Source of the DNA: an uncultured Actinomycetota bacterium
Lineage (GTDB): Bacteria; Actinomycetota; Actinomycetes; Mycobacteriales; SCTD01
Direction: 5' to 3'
Length of the DNA: 64,000 bases
Assembly: GCA_963760125.1 (NCBI GenBank)
Contig: CAVXBV010000001.1
Coordinates: 19,659 to 83,658, forward strand
A program made the translations under genes and the position numbers. The stretch's first letter is position 1, and the number at the start of each line of letters is the position of its first letter. The notes under the pieces were generated by a model that made no database searches, was not told the DNA's origin, and saw only the letters and a list, made by a program, of their open reading frames with translations. Of this stretch, positions 1 to 8,501 are shown piece after piece.

Positions 1-793
1 CAACTGGCGCGTGGTGCTGACCAGCAGGTCGCGGTCGCCCTCGTCGAGCACCTCCATGACGTCGAGCTCGGCGTGCGTGAGGGTCGAGGCATTGGGGCGG
101 AAGACCTGCAGGCGGGACTGCCAGGCTCCCCCGTCCAACGCGGGCAGGACATGGGTCGGGTGGGCGCAGTTGACGCCGTACCAGTCGGGCGGGGCCGTGC
201 GGTCGACCTGCTCGATCGCCTCGCGCAAGGTGGAGCCGTCCGGCAGGCGGCCGTCGGTCTCCACGGTGAAGGAGATGCCGACCGGGAGGCCTGCCGCACG
301 AGCGGCCTGCACGACCCCGATGGCCTCGGCCGGTTCGGTGAGGGTCATCGCGTGCACCAGGTCGACTCCCGACGCAGCGAAGGACTGGACCTGCGCGCTG
401 TGGTAGTCCGCGGCCTCGTCAGCCCGGCTCCCGGACGCGACGTAGCCGTCACCTCGCGGTCCGACCACGCCGAAGATGCGGGATCGTTCGGGTCCCCGCG
501 CCGCGACCTGACGCACGAGGGCCACGGCGTCCTGGTTGGCACGGTCGAGTCTCTCGCGGTCGTAGCCGAGTGTGGCGCCCCAGTCGGGGTTGGCGCGCCA
601 GGTCGGGGTCTCCACGGTGAGGCCCGCGCCGAGGGCCCCCGCCAGCTCGGCGAAGTCGCGGTAGTAGGCCGTCAGGACCGCCCGCCCCGACGCGTCCTCG
701 AGCAGCGGGAAAGCCGCGAATTCCGGCAGCGCGCAACCCCGGTGGAAGAGCAGGTCGGTCTCGAGCCCGGCATCGGTGAGCCAGTCCAGCATG
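1..793 (-). CDS. mmuM: homocysteine S-methyltransferase family protein (3' end lies outside the window)
   Basis: Own translation of the minus strand from ATG (793-791): MLDWLTDAGLETDLLFHRGCALPEFAAFPLL...SFTVETDGRLPDGSTLREAIEQV...GVNCAHPTHVLP. The frame stays open to base 1, which explains its absence from the ORF track. The layout and the GVNC(A)HP Zn-ligand region fit the S-methyltransferase (Pfam S-methyl_trans) family. Confidence 0.7.
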
Positions 794-1066
794 ACGCCTC
801 TCCTCGGGCTACGTGGGTGGGGCCATGGGCCCTCCCGGGCGGCTGCGCGTGCGGTCACTGTGTCCTGGTCCCGACGCGCTGTCCATGGTGTGGTCACCCC
901 GCGCGGCCTCTCCTCCCGGTAGGCCCTCGGGCGCACCGGTGAGACGTCGGCGGGCGCGCATCGCATCGCTGGACACCCGGGGCGCATCGGGTCCACAGTC
1001 GTGGCGCGCCATGACCCCGTGCGGGTCCGCGGCGATGCGGGCTCACTCTCGCGAAGGGATCAGGCG

Positions 1067-1312
1067 ATGCCACGCTTCATGGACTTCCACGACGACCTCA
1101 AGCTGCCGGCTGAGGCGATCCAGCAGATCGGCGAAGGCACGCGCGCCGGGGTCAAGGACGAGTTCGGTGTGCAGCAGATCGAGCTCTTCCACAACCCCGA
1201 CGGGAAGGTCTACTGCCTGCTCGAGGCCCCCGACGAGGACGCCGTGCGCAAGCACCACGCTGCGCTCGACGTCCCCTGCGGTGAGGTGCACCGGGTGGAC
1301 AGCCTGCTCTAG
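1067..1312 (+). CDS. DUF4242 / SCO4226-like small protein
   Basis: Track ORF 1001..1312. The internal ATG at 1067 (MPRFMDFHDDLKLPAEAIQQIGEGTRAG...GKVYCLLEAPDEDAVRKHH) gives the typical ~80-aa DUF4242 length. A purine-rich GAAGGGA lies upstream. Confidence 0.6.
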   Translation: MPRFMDFHDDLKLPAEAIQQIGEGTRAGVKDEFGVQQIELFHNPDGKVYCLLEAPDEDAVRKHHAALDVPCGEVHRVDSLL

Positions 1313-1403
1313 GAGCGGGATGTGGGCTGGTCGGGCTCGGGCAAGGTGAGTTCCGGGACATGCCGTGTCGACGCGGACGGCGCAGGCTCTACCGTCGTAC
1401 GGC

Positions 1404-2057
1404 ATGAGGCTGGTGATCGCGCGCTGCTCGGTCGACTACGTGGGTCGGCTGACCGCCCACCTGCCCGAGGCGGTGCGGCTGCTGATGGTGAAGGCCGACG
1501 GGTCCGTGCTCGTGCACTCCGACACCGGCGGATACAAGCCGCTGATGTGGATGACCCCTCCGTGCTCACTGCTCGTCGTCGGTGACAGGTGGACGGTCAC
1601 CAACAAGGGTGGGGAGCAGCTGCTGATCAGCGTTCTCGAGGTGCTGTCCGACATCGCCCACGAGCTCGGCACCGACCCGGGGCTGGTCAAGGACGGCGTC
1701 GAGAAGCAGCTGCAGGCGCTGCTGGCGGACCAGTGCCACGTGTTGGGGGACGGCTTCACGCTCGTGCAACGCGAGTACTTCACCGACATCGGGCCGGTCG
1801 ACCTGCTGTGCCGCGACGCGACGGGCGCTCACGTGCTGGTGGAGATCAAGCGCGTCGCCGAGATCGACAGCGTCGAGCAGCTGACGCGCTACCTGCAGCG
1901 CGTGTCCACCGTCCTCGGAGACGTGCAGGGCGTCCTGGCCGCGCAGTCCTTCAAACCGCAGGCGAAGGTGCTTGCTGCCGATCGCGGCATCACCTGCGTG
2001 CAGGTCGACTACGAGCTGCTCAAGGGGATGGAGTCCTCGGTGCCCACCCTGTTCTGA
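1404..2057 (+). CDS. nucS: endonuclease NucS (EndoMS), mismatch-specific nuclease
   Basis: [47 protein letters not shown]...VEIKR matches the canonical NucS N-terminus and the C-terminal RecB-like nuclease block. ATG 1404 is chosen over track start 1365. Confidence 0.9.
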   Translation: MRLVIARCSVDYVGRLTAHLPEAVRLLMVKADGSVLVHSDTGGYKPLMWMTPPCSLLVVGDRWTVTNKGGEQLLISVLEVLSDIAHELGTDPGLVKDGVEKQLQALLADQCHVLGDGFTLVQREYFTDIGPVDLLCRDATGAHVLVEIKRVAEIDSVEQLTRYLQRVSTVLGDVQGVLAAQSFKPQAKVLAADRGITCVQVDYELLKGMESSVPTLF

Positions 2058-2073
2058 CCTTGCTCGGCTACCG

Positions 2074-3888
2074 ATGGGTAACCTTGTGGCAACAGCAGAG
2101 CTGAGGAGACAAGTCGTGGCGTTCAGCAGGATCGGTGTGGTCGGGCTCGGCACCATGGGTGCGGGCATTGCGGAGGTGCTCGCCCGGTCGGGCGTCGAGG
2201 TGATCGGCGTCGAGGTCGATGACGCCGGGCTCGAGCGGGCCCAGGGCCACCTGGACAGCTCGACCAGCCGGGCGGTCGCGCGCGGCAAGCTCACCGAGGC
2301 CGAGCAGGGCGAGCTGCTGGCACGGATCACGATGGGCACGGACCTCACGGCGGTGAAGGACTGCGAGCTGGTCATCGAGGCGATCCCCGAGCGCATGGAG
2401 CTGAAGAAGGCGCTGTTCGACGCGCTCGACGCGATGCTGCCTGCCGAGTCGATCCTCGCGACCAACACGTCGGCCCTGTCGGTCACCGAGCTCGCCACCA
2501 CGACCGGCCGTCCCTCCAAGGTCGTCGGCCTGCACTGGTTCAACCCCGCCCCCGTGATGGGGCTGGTCGAGGTGGTTCGCACGGTCGTCACCGACCCCTC
2601 TGTCGTCGAGCAGGTCCAGGGCCTGGTCGAGCAGGTCGGCAAGAAGGGCGCGACCGCCGGCGACCGGGCCGGGTTCATCTGCAACGCGCTGCTGTTCGGC
2701 TACCTCAACAACGCCGTGAAGATGTACGAGTCGCGGTACGCCTCCCGTGAGGACATCGACGCGGCGATGCGCTTCGGCTGCGGTCACCCGATGGGTCCCC
2801 TGGCGCTGCTCGACCTGATCGGCCTCGACTCGGCGTACGAGATCCTGGAGACGATGTACGCGCAGTCCCGCGACCACCGGCACGCGCCGGCGCCGTTGCT
2901 CAAGCAGTACGTCACCGCAGGTCTGCTCGGTCGCAAGACCGGTCGCGGTCTCTACACCTACGCCTCCCCGGACTCCTCCGAGGTCGTCGCCGACGCGGAC
3001 ACCCCCTCTGCCGCAGGCGATGTCGCCGCACGGCCGGTGACGAAGATCGGTGTGATCGGTACGGGCACCATGGCGACCGGCATCATCGAGGTCTGCGCCA
3101 AGGCGGGGTACGACGTCGTCTACCGCGCCCGGGGCGAGGACAAGGTCGCGGCTGTCGGCAAGAAGCTCGAGGGCTCGCTCGACAAGGCCCTGCAGAAGGG
3201 CAAGCTGACCGAGGAGGTCAAGGCCGCCACCCTCGCTCGCGTCTCGGGCACGACCGCGTTGGAGGACCTCGCCGACTGCGACCTGGTCATCGAGGCGGTC
3301 GCGGAGGAGCTGTCCATCAAGAAGGCGATCTTCTCCGCGCTCGACGACGTCATGAAGCCCGGCGCGATCCTGGCCACCACGACCTCCAGCCTGCCGGTCA
3401 TCGAGTGCGCCACGGCGACCTCACGCCCGGCCGACGTCATCGGGATGCACTGGTTCAACCCGGCGACCGTGATGAAGCTGGTGGAGGTCGTCCCGACCGT
3501 CACGACGGCACCTGACGTGATCGCGACGATCCTCGAGGTCTGCGGGCGGGTGAAGAAGCACCCGGTGCTGTGCGGCGACCGCGCCGGCTTCATCGTCAAC
3601 GCGCTGCTCTTCCCGTACCTCAACGACGGGGTCAAGATGCTCGAGGCGCACTACGCCGACATCGACGACATCGACTTCGCCATGACTGCCGGCTGTGGCC
3701 ACCCGATGGGACCGTTCGCGCTCATGGACGTCGTCGGCCTCGACGTGACGTTGGCGATCCAGCAGACCCTGTTCAACGAGTTCCGCGAGCCGGGCGACTC
3801 GCCCGCGCCGATGCTCGAGCACCTGGTGAAGGCCGGCTACCTCGGCCGCAAGACCGGTCGCGGTTTCCGCGACTACGCCCGGAAGTAG
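2074..3888 (+). CDS. 3-hydroxyacyl-CoA (3-hydroxybutyryl-CoA) dehydrogenase, two tandem full-length modules in one polypeptide
   Basis: There are two repeats of the same architecture. Module 1: IGVVGLGTMGAG...ATNTSAL...GLHWFNPAPVM...GDRAGFICNAL...GCGHPMGP. Module 2: IGVIGTGTMATG...ATTTSSL...GMHWFNPATVM...GDRAGFIVNAL...GCGHPMGP. The start is set at ATG 2074 because track start 1972 overlaps the nucS 3' end. Confidence 0.85.
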   Translation: MGNLVATAELRRQVVAFSRIGVVGLGTMGAGIAEVLARSGVEVIGVEVDDAGLERAQGHLDSSTSRAVARGKLTEAEQGELLARITMGTDLTAVKDCELVIEAIPERMELKKALFDALDAMLPAESILATNTSALSVTELATTTGRPSKVVGLHWFNPAPVMGLVEVVRTVVTDPSVVEQVQGLVEQVGKKGATAGDRAGFICNALLFGYLNNAVKMYESRYASREDIDAAMRFGCGHPMGPLALLDLIGLDSAYEILETMYAQSRDHRHAPAPLLKQYVTAGLLGRKTGRGLYTYASPDSSEVVADADTPSAAGDVAARPVTKIGVIGTGTMATGIIEVCAKAGYDVVYRARGEDKVAAVGKKLEGSLDKALQKGKLTEEVKAATLARVSGTTALEDLADCDLVIEAVAEELSIKKAIFSALDDVMKPGAILATTTSSLPVIECATATSRPADVIGMHWFNPATVMKLVEVVPTVTTAPDVIATILEVCGRVKKHPVLCGDRAGFIVNALLFPYLNDGVKMLEAHYADIDDIDFAMTAGCGHPMGPFALMDVVGLDVTLAIQQTLFNEFREPGDSPAPMLEHLVKAGYLGRKTGRGFRDYARK

Positions 3889-3890
3889 TC

Positions 3891-4175
3891 GTGCCGTCAG
3901 GCTCTCGGCGGGGGAAGCGGACCGCCGAGGCCCTGGCTGCGCTGCGTGCCGACGAGGGACCCGTCCTGCGCTCGCCGTCCGGCGAGCGGACCGAGGACGG
4001 GTTCGTCGTGCGCTCGGTCGGCGTCTCCGAGAAGGTCTTTCGCTGCCCGGGCTGCTCTCAGGAGGTCATCGGCGTCCCGCACGTCGTGGCCTGGCCGGAG
4101 CACGACGTCGAGCAGCGGCGGCACTGGCACACGCCCTGCTGGGGGGCGAGGAACCGTCGTCGTCAAACCCGGTGA
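3891..4175 (+). CDS. small conserved Cys/His-rich protein (family often annotated 'ATP/GTP-binding protein' in actinobacteria)
   Basis: GTG 3891 lies 3 nt after the upstream TAG, in the tail of track ORF 3570..4175: VPSGSRRGKRTAEALAAL...FRCPGCSQEVIGVPHVVAWPEHDVEQRRHWHTPCW. The CPGC...PHVVAWPE...RRHWH..CW pattern recalls a conserved ~95-aa actinobacterial protein. Confidence 0.55.
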   Translation: MPSGSRRGKRTAEALAALRADEGPVLRSPSGERTEDGFVVRSVGVSEKVFRCPGCSQEVIGVPHVVAWPEHDVEQRRHWHTPCWGARNRRRQTR

Positions 4176-4289
4176 GGGTGTGACGCAGTCGCGTGATGCA
4201 CCTCTCCGGCTCGTGAGGCGACTGGCGGCGATCGGTCGCCGAACATGGAAGTGCCCGCAACGACACGGGTAGATCCCAGGAGACCCGCC

Positions 4290-4712
4290 GTGTTCACCTT
4301 CCGTCACGACCCCCGCCTCGATGTCCTTCGCCGCTTCGAGGTCTTCGCCGACCTCTCGCGCTCGGAGCTCTCGACCATCGCTTCCCTGATGACCGCTACG
4401 ACTGTTCCCGCGGGCAGCCCGCTGTGCGTCCAAGGCCGTCTCGGCGACCAGGTGTTCGCCGTCGTCGAGGGCGACGTCGCGATTTCGCAGAACGGCACCC
4501 CCGTCGCGATGGTGCAGGCCGGCGCTCTCGTCGGCGAGATGGCTGTCCTGGACAGCACCGTGCGGTCCGCGACGGCCGTCGCTCTGACCGACGCAGCCGT
4601 CCTGGTCATGAGCACCCGCGAGTTCCGTCAGCTGCTGCTCGACCACCCGCGGGTGGCGACGCGCATCCGCTCCCTGGGTGCCAGCCGCCGGCAGGACCTC
4701 TCCGCCGCCTAG
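4290..4712 (+). CDS. cyclic nucleotide-binding domain protein (stand-alone cNMP domain)
   Basis: FADLSRSELSTIASLMTATTVPAGSPLCVQGRLGDQVFAVVEGDVAI...GALVGEMAVLDSTVRSATAVALTDAAVLVMSTREFRQLL is a typical cNMP-binding beta-barrel with the G-E-(L/M)-A...R-(S/T)-A motif. GTG 4290 is preceded by AGGAG at a 7-nt spacing. Confidence 0.65.
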   Translation: MFTFRHDPRLDVLRRFEVFADLSRSELSTIASLMTATTVPAGSPLCVQGRLGDQVFAVVEGDVAISQNGTPVAMVQAGALVGEMAVLDSTVRSATAVALTDAAVLVMSTREFRQLLLDHPRVATRIRSLGASRRQDLSAA

Positions 4713-4738
4713 GCGCGTCCGCCCGGTGACCGGTCGCG

Positions 4739-4822
4739 GCACAACAGCAACGCCGGTCCTGTGGTGACGGTCCACCCGAGCGTGCGCTGACATGCTGAGC
4801 AGCGCCGAGGTTGCCGTTGTGC
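4739..4822 (+). repeat. ~84-nt inverted-arm element, copy A (solo)
   Basis: 5' arm GCACAACAGCAAC (4739-4751) and 3' arm GTTGCCGTTGTGC (4810-4822) are complementary at 12/13 positions. The same arms at the same spacing recur at 46008-46090 and, inverted, at 47214-47297. An extra arm-like GTTCCCGTTGTGC lies at 4836-4848. Confidence 0.6.
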
Positions 4823-4929
4823 TTGAGTCGCAGGGGTTCCCGTTGTGCCGGCGGCGCGTTCCGGTGCCGGGCCGGGGAGGGCCAGCAACCGGCTCGGGGG
4901 CGAAGCGGCCACCAGTAGGGTCGTGGATC

Positions 4930-5643
4930 GTGCCGGACATCCTCGCCAACACCGTGCTCCCAGCCGACCGGCGGCCCGTGACGCTCCAGACGGCGGACGG
5001 ACTGAACCTGATCGGCGAGCTCGCCCTTCCGGACGGCAGGCCTCCGGTGGCCACGGTCATCTGCCTGCACCCGTTGCCCAGCGGCGGCGGGATGATGGAC
5101 AGCCACGTGCTGCGCAAGCTCGCCTGGCGCCTTCCGGCCCTGGCCGACCTCGCGGTCTTGCGGTTCAACACCCGCGGCACCACCAGCGAGGGAGGGACGA
5201 GCGACGGGGAGTTCGGGCACGCGGTCACCGAGCAGTATGACGTCGCGGCGGCCCTCGACCTCTGCGAGGCCTGGGACCTGCCGACGATCTGGCTCGTGGG
5301 GTGGAGCTTCGGTACCGACCTCGCGCTCATGCACGGGCTGGACCCCAGCGTGGTCGGCGCCATTCTCCTGAGCCCGCCGCTGCGGTTCTCCGGCCCCGAG
5401 CACCTGCAGGCCTGGGCGGAGAACGGCAAGCCGCTGTTCGCGCTCGTGCCGGAGCACGACGACTACCTCCAGCCGCCGGAGGCCAAGAAGCGGTTCTCGG
5501 TCGTCCCGCAGGCGGTCGTCCAGGGCGTCGAGGGCGCCAAGCACCTGTGGGTGGGTCGGGCCGAAGAGGTGCTCGACGAGATCGTCCGGATCGTCAACCC
5601 GGCGGCGTACCCGCTGCCGACCAGCTACGAGGAGACCGCATGA
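4930..5643 (+). CDS. alpha/beta hydrolase
   Basis: Track ORF 4792..5643: ...VATVICLHPLPSGGGMMDSHVLRKLA...IWLVGWSFGTDLAL... (a GxSxG-type nucleophile elbow, GWSFG). The first ~45 codons of the track ORF run through repeat element A, so I prefer GTG 4930. The start is uncertain. Confidence 0.65.
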   Translation: MPDILANTVLPADRRPVTLQTADGLNLIGELALPDGRPPVATVICLHPLPSGGGMMDSHVLRKLAWRLPALADLAVLRFNTRGTTSEGGTSDGEFGHAVTEQYDVAAALDLCEAWDLPTIWLVGWSFGTDLALMHGLDPSVVGAILLSPPLRFSGPEHLQAWAENGKPLFALVPEHDDYLQPPEAKKRFSVVPQAVVQGVEGAKHLWVGRAEEVLDEIVRIVNPAAYPLPTSYEETA

Positions 5644-6389
5644 GCTTCGACCTGACCGGCCGTACCGCCCTGGTGACCGGCGCCTCCCGGGGCATCGGGC
5701 GGGCGTTGGCCCTGGGCCTCGCCGCGGCGGGCGCCGACGTCGCTCTGAGCGCGCGCGACGAGGATGCTCTGCAGCACGTGGCCAGGGAGGTCGAGGCGCT
5801 GGGCCGCACCGCCCACGTGCTGCCCGCTGACGTCACGGACGCCGAGGCCTGCAGGAACCTGGTGGCCGACGCCATCAGCGCGCTCGGCCACGTGGACGTG
5901 CTGGTCAACAACGCCGGAGGGTCGAGCTTCTTCGGGCCTCTCCTGGACCTCCGGTTCAGCGGCTGGGAAAAGACGATGCGGCTCAACGTCGACTCGATCG
6001 TGCACCTGTCCCAGGCGATCGGCGCGCACATGGTCGGGCGGGGCAGCGGCAGCGTCATCAACGTCGCCAGTGTCGCGGGGCTGACCGGGACGCCCATGAT
6101 GGCGGCGTACGGCGCGTCGAAGGCCGCGGTCATCAGCCTCACCAAGACCCTGGCGCACGAGTGGGGCGGCAGTGGCGTGCGCGTCAACGCCCTGTGCCCT
6201 GGGTGGACCCAGACCGACCTGAACAAGGACCTGTGGGCCGATGGCGGTGCCGACTGGGTCAAGGACCAGGCCATCAAGCGCTGGGCCACCGTCGAGGAGA
6301 TGGTCGGCCCCACGGTGTTCCTCGCCAGCGACGCCGCGTCGTACGTCACGGGGCAGGCCCTCGTCGTCGACGGCGGCCAGCTGAGCTAA
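5640..6389 (+). CDS. SDR family oxidoreductase
   Basis: MSFDLTGRTALVTGASRGIGRA... contains the TGxxxGxG motif, plus NNAG and the YGASKAA catalytic YxxxK. The ATG at 5640 overlaps the upstream stop (ATGA). Confidence 0.85.
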   Translation: MSFDLTGRTALVTGASRGIGRALALGLAAAGADVALSARDEDALQHVAREVEALGRTAHVLPADVTDAEACRNLVADAISALGHVDVLVNNAGGSSFFGPLLDLRFSGWEKTMRLNVDSIVHLSQAIGAHMVGRGSGSVINVASVAGLTGTPMMAAYGASKAAVISLTKTLAHEWGGSGVRVNALCPGWTQTDLNKDLWADGGADWVKDQAIKRWATVEEMVGPTVFLASDAASYVTGQALVVDGGQLS

Positions 6390-7653
6390 GCCGCGTCCTG
6401 CCGGGGGATGACCACCTCGACGAGGATGAGCTGGATCGCGGCGGCGATGGGGATGGCCAGTAGGGCCCCGACGACGCCCAGCAGGCTCGCCCCGACCAGC
6501 ACCGCAACGATGGTGACCGCGGGGCTCACGTCCACCGAGCGCTTCATGATGCGGGGGTACAGCAGGTAGTTCTCCACCTGCTGGTACACCAGGTAGAACA
6601 CCGCCACGATGATGCCGGTCTTGACGTCCTGTGCGAACGCCACCGACGTGATGATGACGGCGCCGACGGTCGCGCCGATGACGGGGACCAGGTCTGTCAG
6701 GGCTACGACGAGCGCCAGGGCCACCGGTGACGGCATGCCGAGCGACATCAGCAGGATGAAGCTCGTCACCCCGGCGCAGGCAGCGATCCCGAGGGCGCCC
6801 GCGACATAGCCGCCGACGCGGCCCAGGATGTCGTCGGCCAGCAGGCCGACCCGGGCGCGCCGGCTGCGGGGGACGGCGCGGTAGGCCGCCTGCTTCATGC
6901 GAGGGAGCGACGACATGAAGTAGAGCGTCAGCGTCAGCACGGTGATCGCTGAGAACACCGCGTTGAAGACGACCTTGCCCACGCCCAGCACCCCGCCGAA
7001 GGTGTTGGCCGCGAGGGACGGTGAGGCGAGGGCCTTCTCGGCCTGCTTGAGGATGTGGAAGCGCTGGTCCAGGTCGGCCACCACCCGGTTCTGGCGGAGG
7101 TTGGCGACGTACTCCGGGGCGTTGTCGATGAAGTCGGCGGTCTGGCTCACGATCGGCGGCACGATGGCGAACAGGAAGCCCGCGAAGCCGAGCAGCACCA
7201 CCACGAGGACCACGGCCACGGAGCGGGACCGGGTGAGACCCCGTCGCTCGAGCGCCTCGACGGCGGGGTTGAGCCCGACGGCGAGGAAGCCGCTGATCAG
7301 CAAGAGGATGAGCACCGGCCGGATCTTGTCGAGCGTCTGCACGGCGCCCCACGCCGTCAGCAGGCCGAGTCCCCCACCAGCCCGATGCGGTACGGCGAGA
7401 ACGGCTTGGTCGGGGGACCTGGTGTGCCGTAGGGCTTGTCCTCGTCGGCCCCGGCGACGAACCGGCGGACCGCCGTGTCGAGCAGCGGATCGGCCACGTC
7501 GACCTGCTCGATCAGGTGGGACGCCGTGTCCTCGGACCGCTGGGCCGCGTCGCGCGCGGTCTCCGCCTCGTCGCGCGCCTGCTGGGCGTCGTCGCGTGCT
7601 CCCTCGGCGCGGTCCGCCGACGCCGAGGCGTCTTCGTTGTCGGAACTGGGCAC
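6386..7653 (-). pseudogene. AI-2E family transporter (PerM/UPF0118), reading frame broken by an apparent 1-nt indel in a C5/G5 run
   Basis: C-terminal part: track ORF 6386..7342, LILLLISGFLAVGLNPAVEALERRGL...LTDLVPVIGATVGA...ENYLLYPRIM. N-terminal part: ORF 7357..7653 in another frame, ending ...KPFSPYRIGLVGDSAC*. One extra G in GGGGG (plus-strand C5 at 7371-7375) would read ...YRIGLVGGLGLLTAWGAVQTLDKIRPV, which is the expected first TM helix. Confidence 0.6.
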
Positions 7654-7654
7654 C

Positions 7655-8467
7655 TCAGCCCGCCGGTGGCTGGGGGTGCAGCGGCTGCATCAGGTTCGTG
7701 AGGTTCTCGCGCAGGGTCTGCAGCTGGACCGCGATGGTGTCGCGCTGCGCCGCGAGCTCCTCGACGCGGCGCTCCGCGTCCGACAGCATCTCCGCCGCCT
7801 GCCGGCGCGAGTCCTCGTGCAGGATCTTCACGTCCTCCTCGGCGGTCCGCTTCTTGCCTTCGGCCTGTTCCCTCGTCGACGACAGCAGCTGCTCGGCCTC
7901 CTCGCGGGCTGCGGCCAGCATCCGGTCGGACTCGGCCTGTGCCTGCTCGAGCCGGGCCTGGGCCTCCTGGTGGGTGCGCGCCACCTGGGCCTCGGTCTCC
8001 TGCTGGGCGCGCAGCCGCATGGTCTCGGCGTCACGCTGCGCCTCGAGCCGCGTCTGCTCGGCGGCGGCGGCGGCGCCGCTCACAGCGGCCTCCCTGCGGT
8101 CGAGCTCGGCGGCCCGGTCGGTGGTGCTGGCGGAGGCGCGGTCCTGGGCCTGAGCAACGATCTGCTCGGCCTCCTCCTCGGCCAGCCGGAGCATCTCGGT
8201 CATCCGCTCGCTGACGCGGCTCGCCGGGTCGGGCAGGCCCTCCGCCCGGCGCTCTGACTCGGTGAGGCGGCTCTGGAGCGTCAGCAGCTGCGCCTCGAGG
8301 TCGGCCACGCGGGCCCCGTCCTCGGCGTGCAGCCGCTCGGCGTCAGCGAGCACCAGACCAACGCGCTCGACGTAGTCGTCGACCTGCCTCCGGTCGTAGC
8401 CCCGCATGACGACGTCGAAGCCCTCGGAGTCGCTGTCGTCGGCCAGGGGCAGGAGATCGTCGCTCAT
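7655..8467 (-). CDS. DivIVA domain-containing coiled-coil protein
   Basis: The N-terminal motif FDVVMRGYDRRQVDDYVERV is a DivIVA signature. It is followed by a long Ala/Glu/Arg/Gln-rich coiled coil. Confidence 0.8.
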   Translation of the reverse strand: MSDDLLPLADDSDSEGFDVVMRGYDRRQVDDYVERVGLVLADAERLHAEDGARVADLEAQLLTLQSRLTESERRAEGLPDPASRVSERMTEMLRLAEEEAEQIVAQAQDRASASTTDRAAELDRREAAVSGAAAAAEQTRLEAQRDAETMRLRAQQETEAQVARTHQEAQARLEQAQAESDRMLAAAREEAEQLLSSTREQAEGKKRTAEEDVKILHEDSRRQAAEMLSDAERRVEELAAQRDTIAVQLQTLRENLTNLMQPLHPQPPAG

Positions 8468-8501
8468 GACCCCTGTCCTACCAGGAAATCCGCTCGCTCA
8501 C

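Noticed and set aside
794-1066. Possible SAM riboswitch in the 5' UTR of the homocysteine S-methyltransferase gene (minus strand)
   Set aside because: The reverse complement contains GGTCATG...GCGCCCCGGGTG, faintly reminiscent of SAM-IV. However, I could not find the closing CATGACC P1 partner or the GCAACCC core, so the resemblance is too weak to call. A cmsearch with the Rfam SAM-I, SAM-IV and SAM-I/IV models would settle it.
3897-5429. 510-aa minus-strand ORF spanning the small Zn-ribbon-like gene, the cNMP-domain gene and the hydrolase gene
   Set aside because: It is antisense to three plus-strand ORFs that have clear family motifs. Its translation is an Arg/Pro/Gly/Ala-rich low-complexity string, typical of off-frame ORFs in ~70% GC DNA.
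5625-7352. 575-aa minus-strand ORF
   Set aside because: It overlaps the SDR gene (antisense) and the AI-2E gene (wrong frame). The composition is dominated by R/P/G with no motif.
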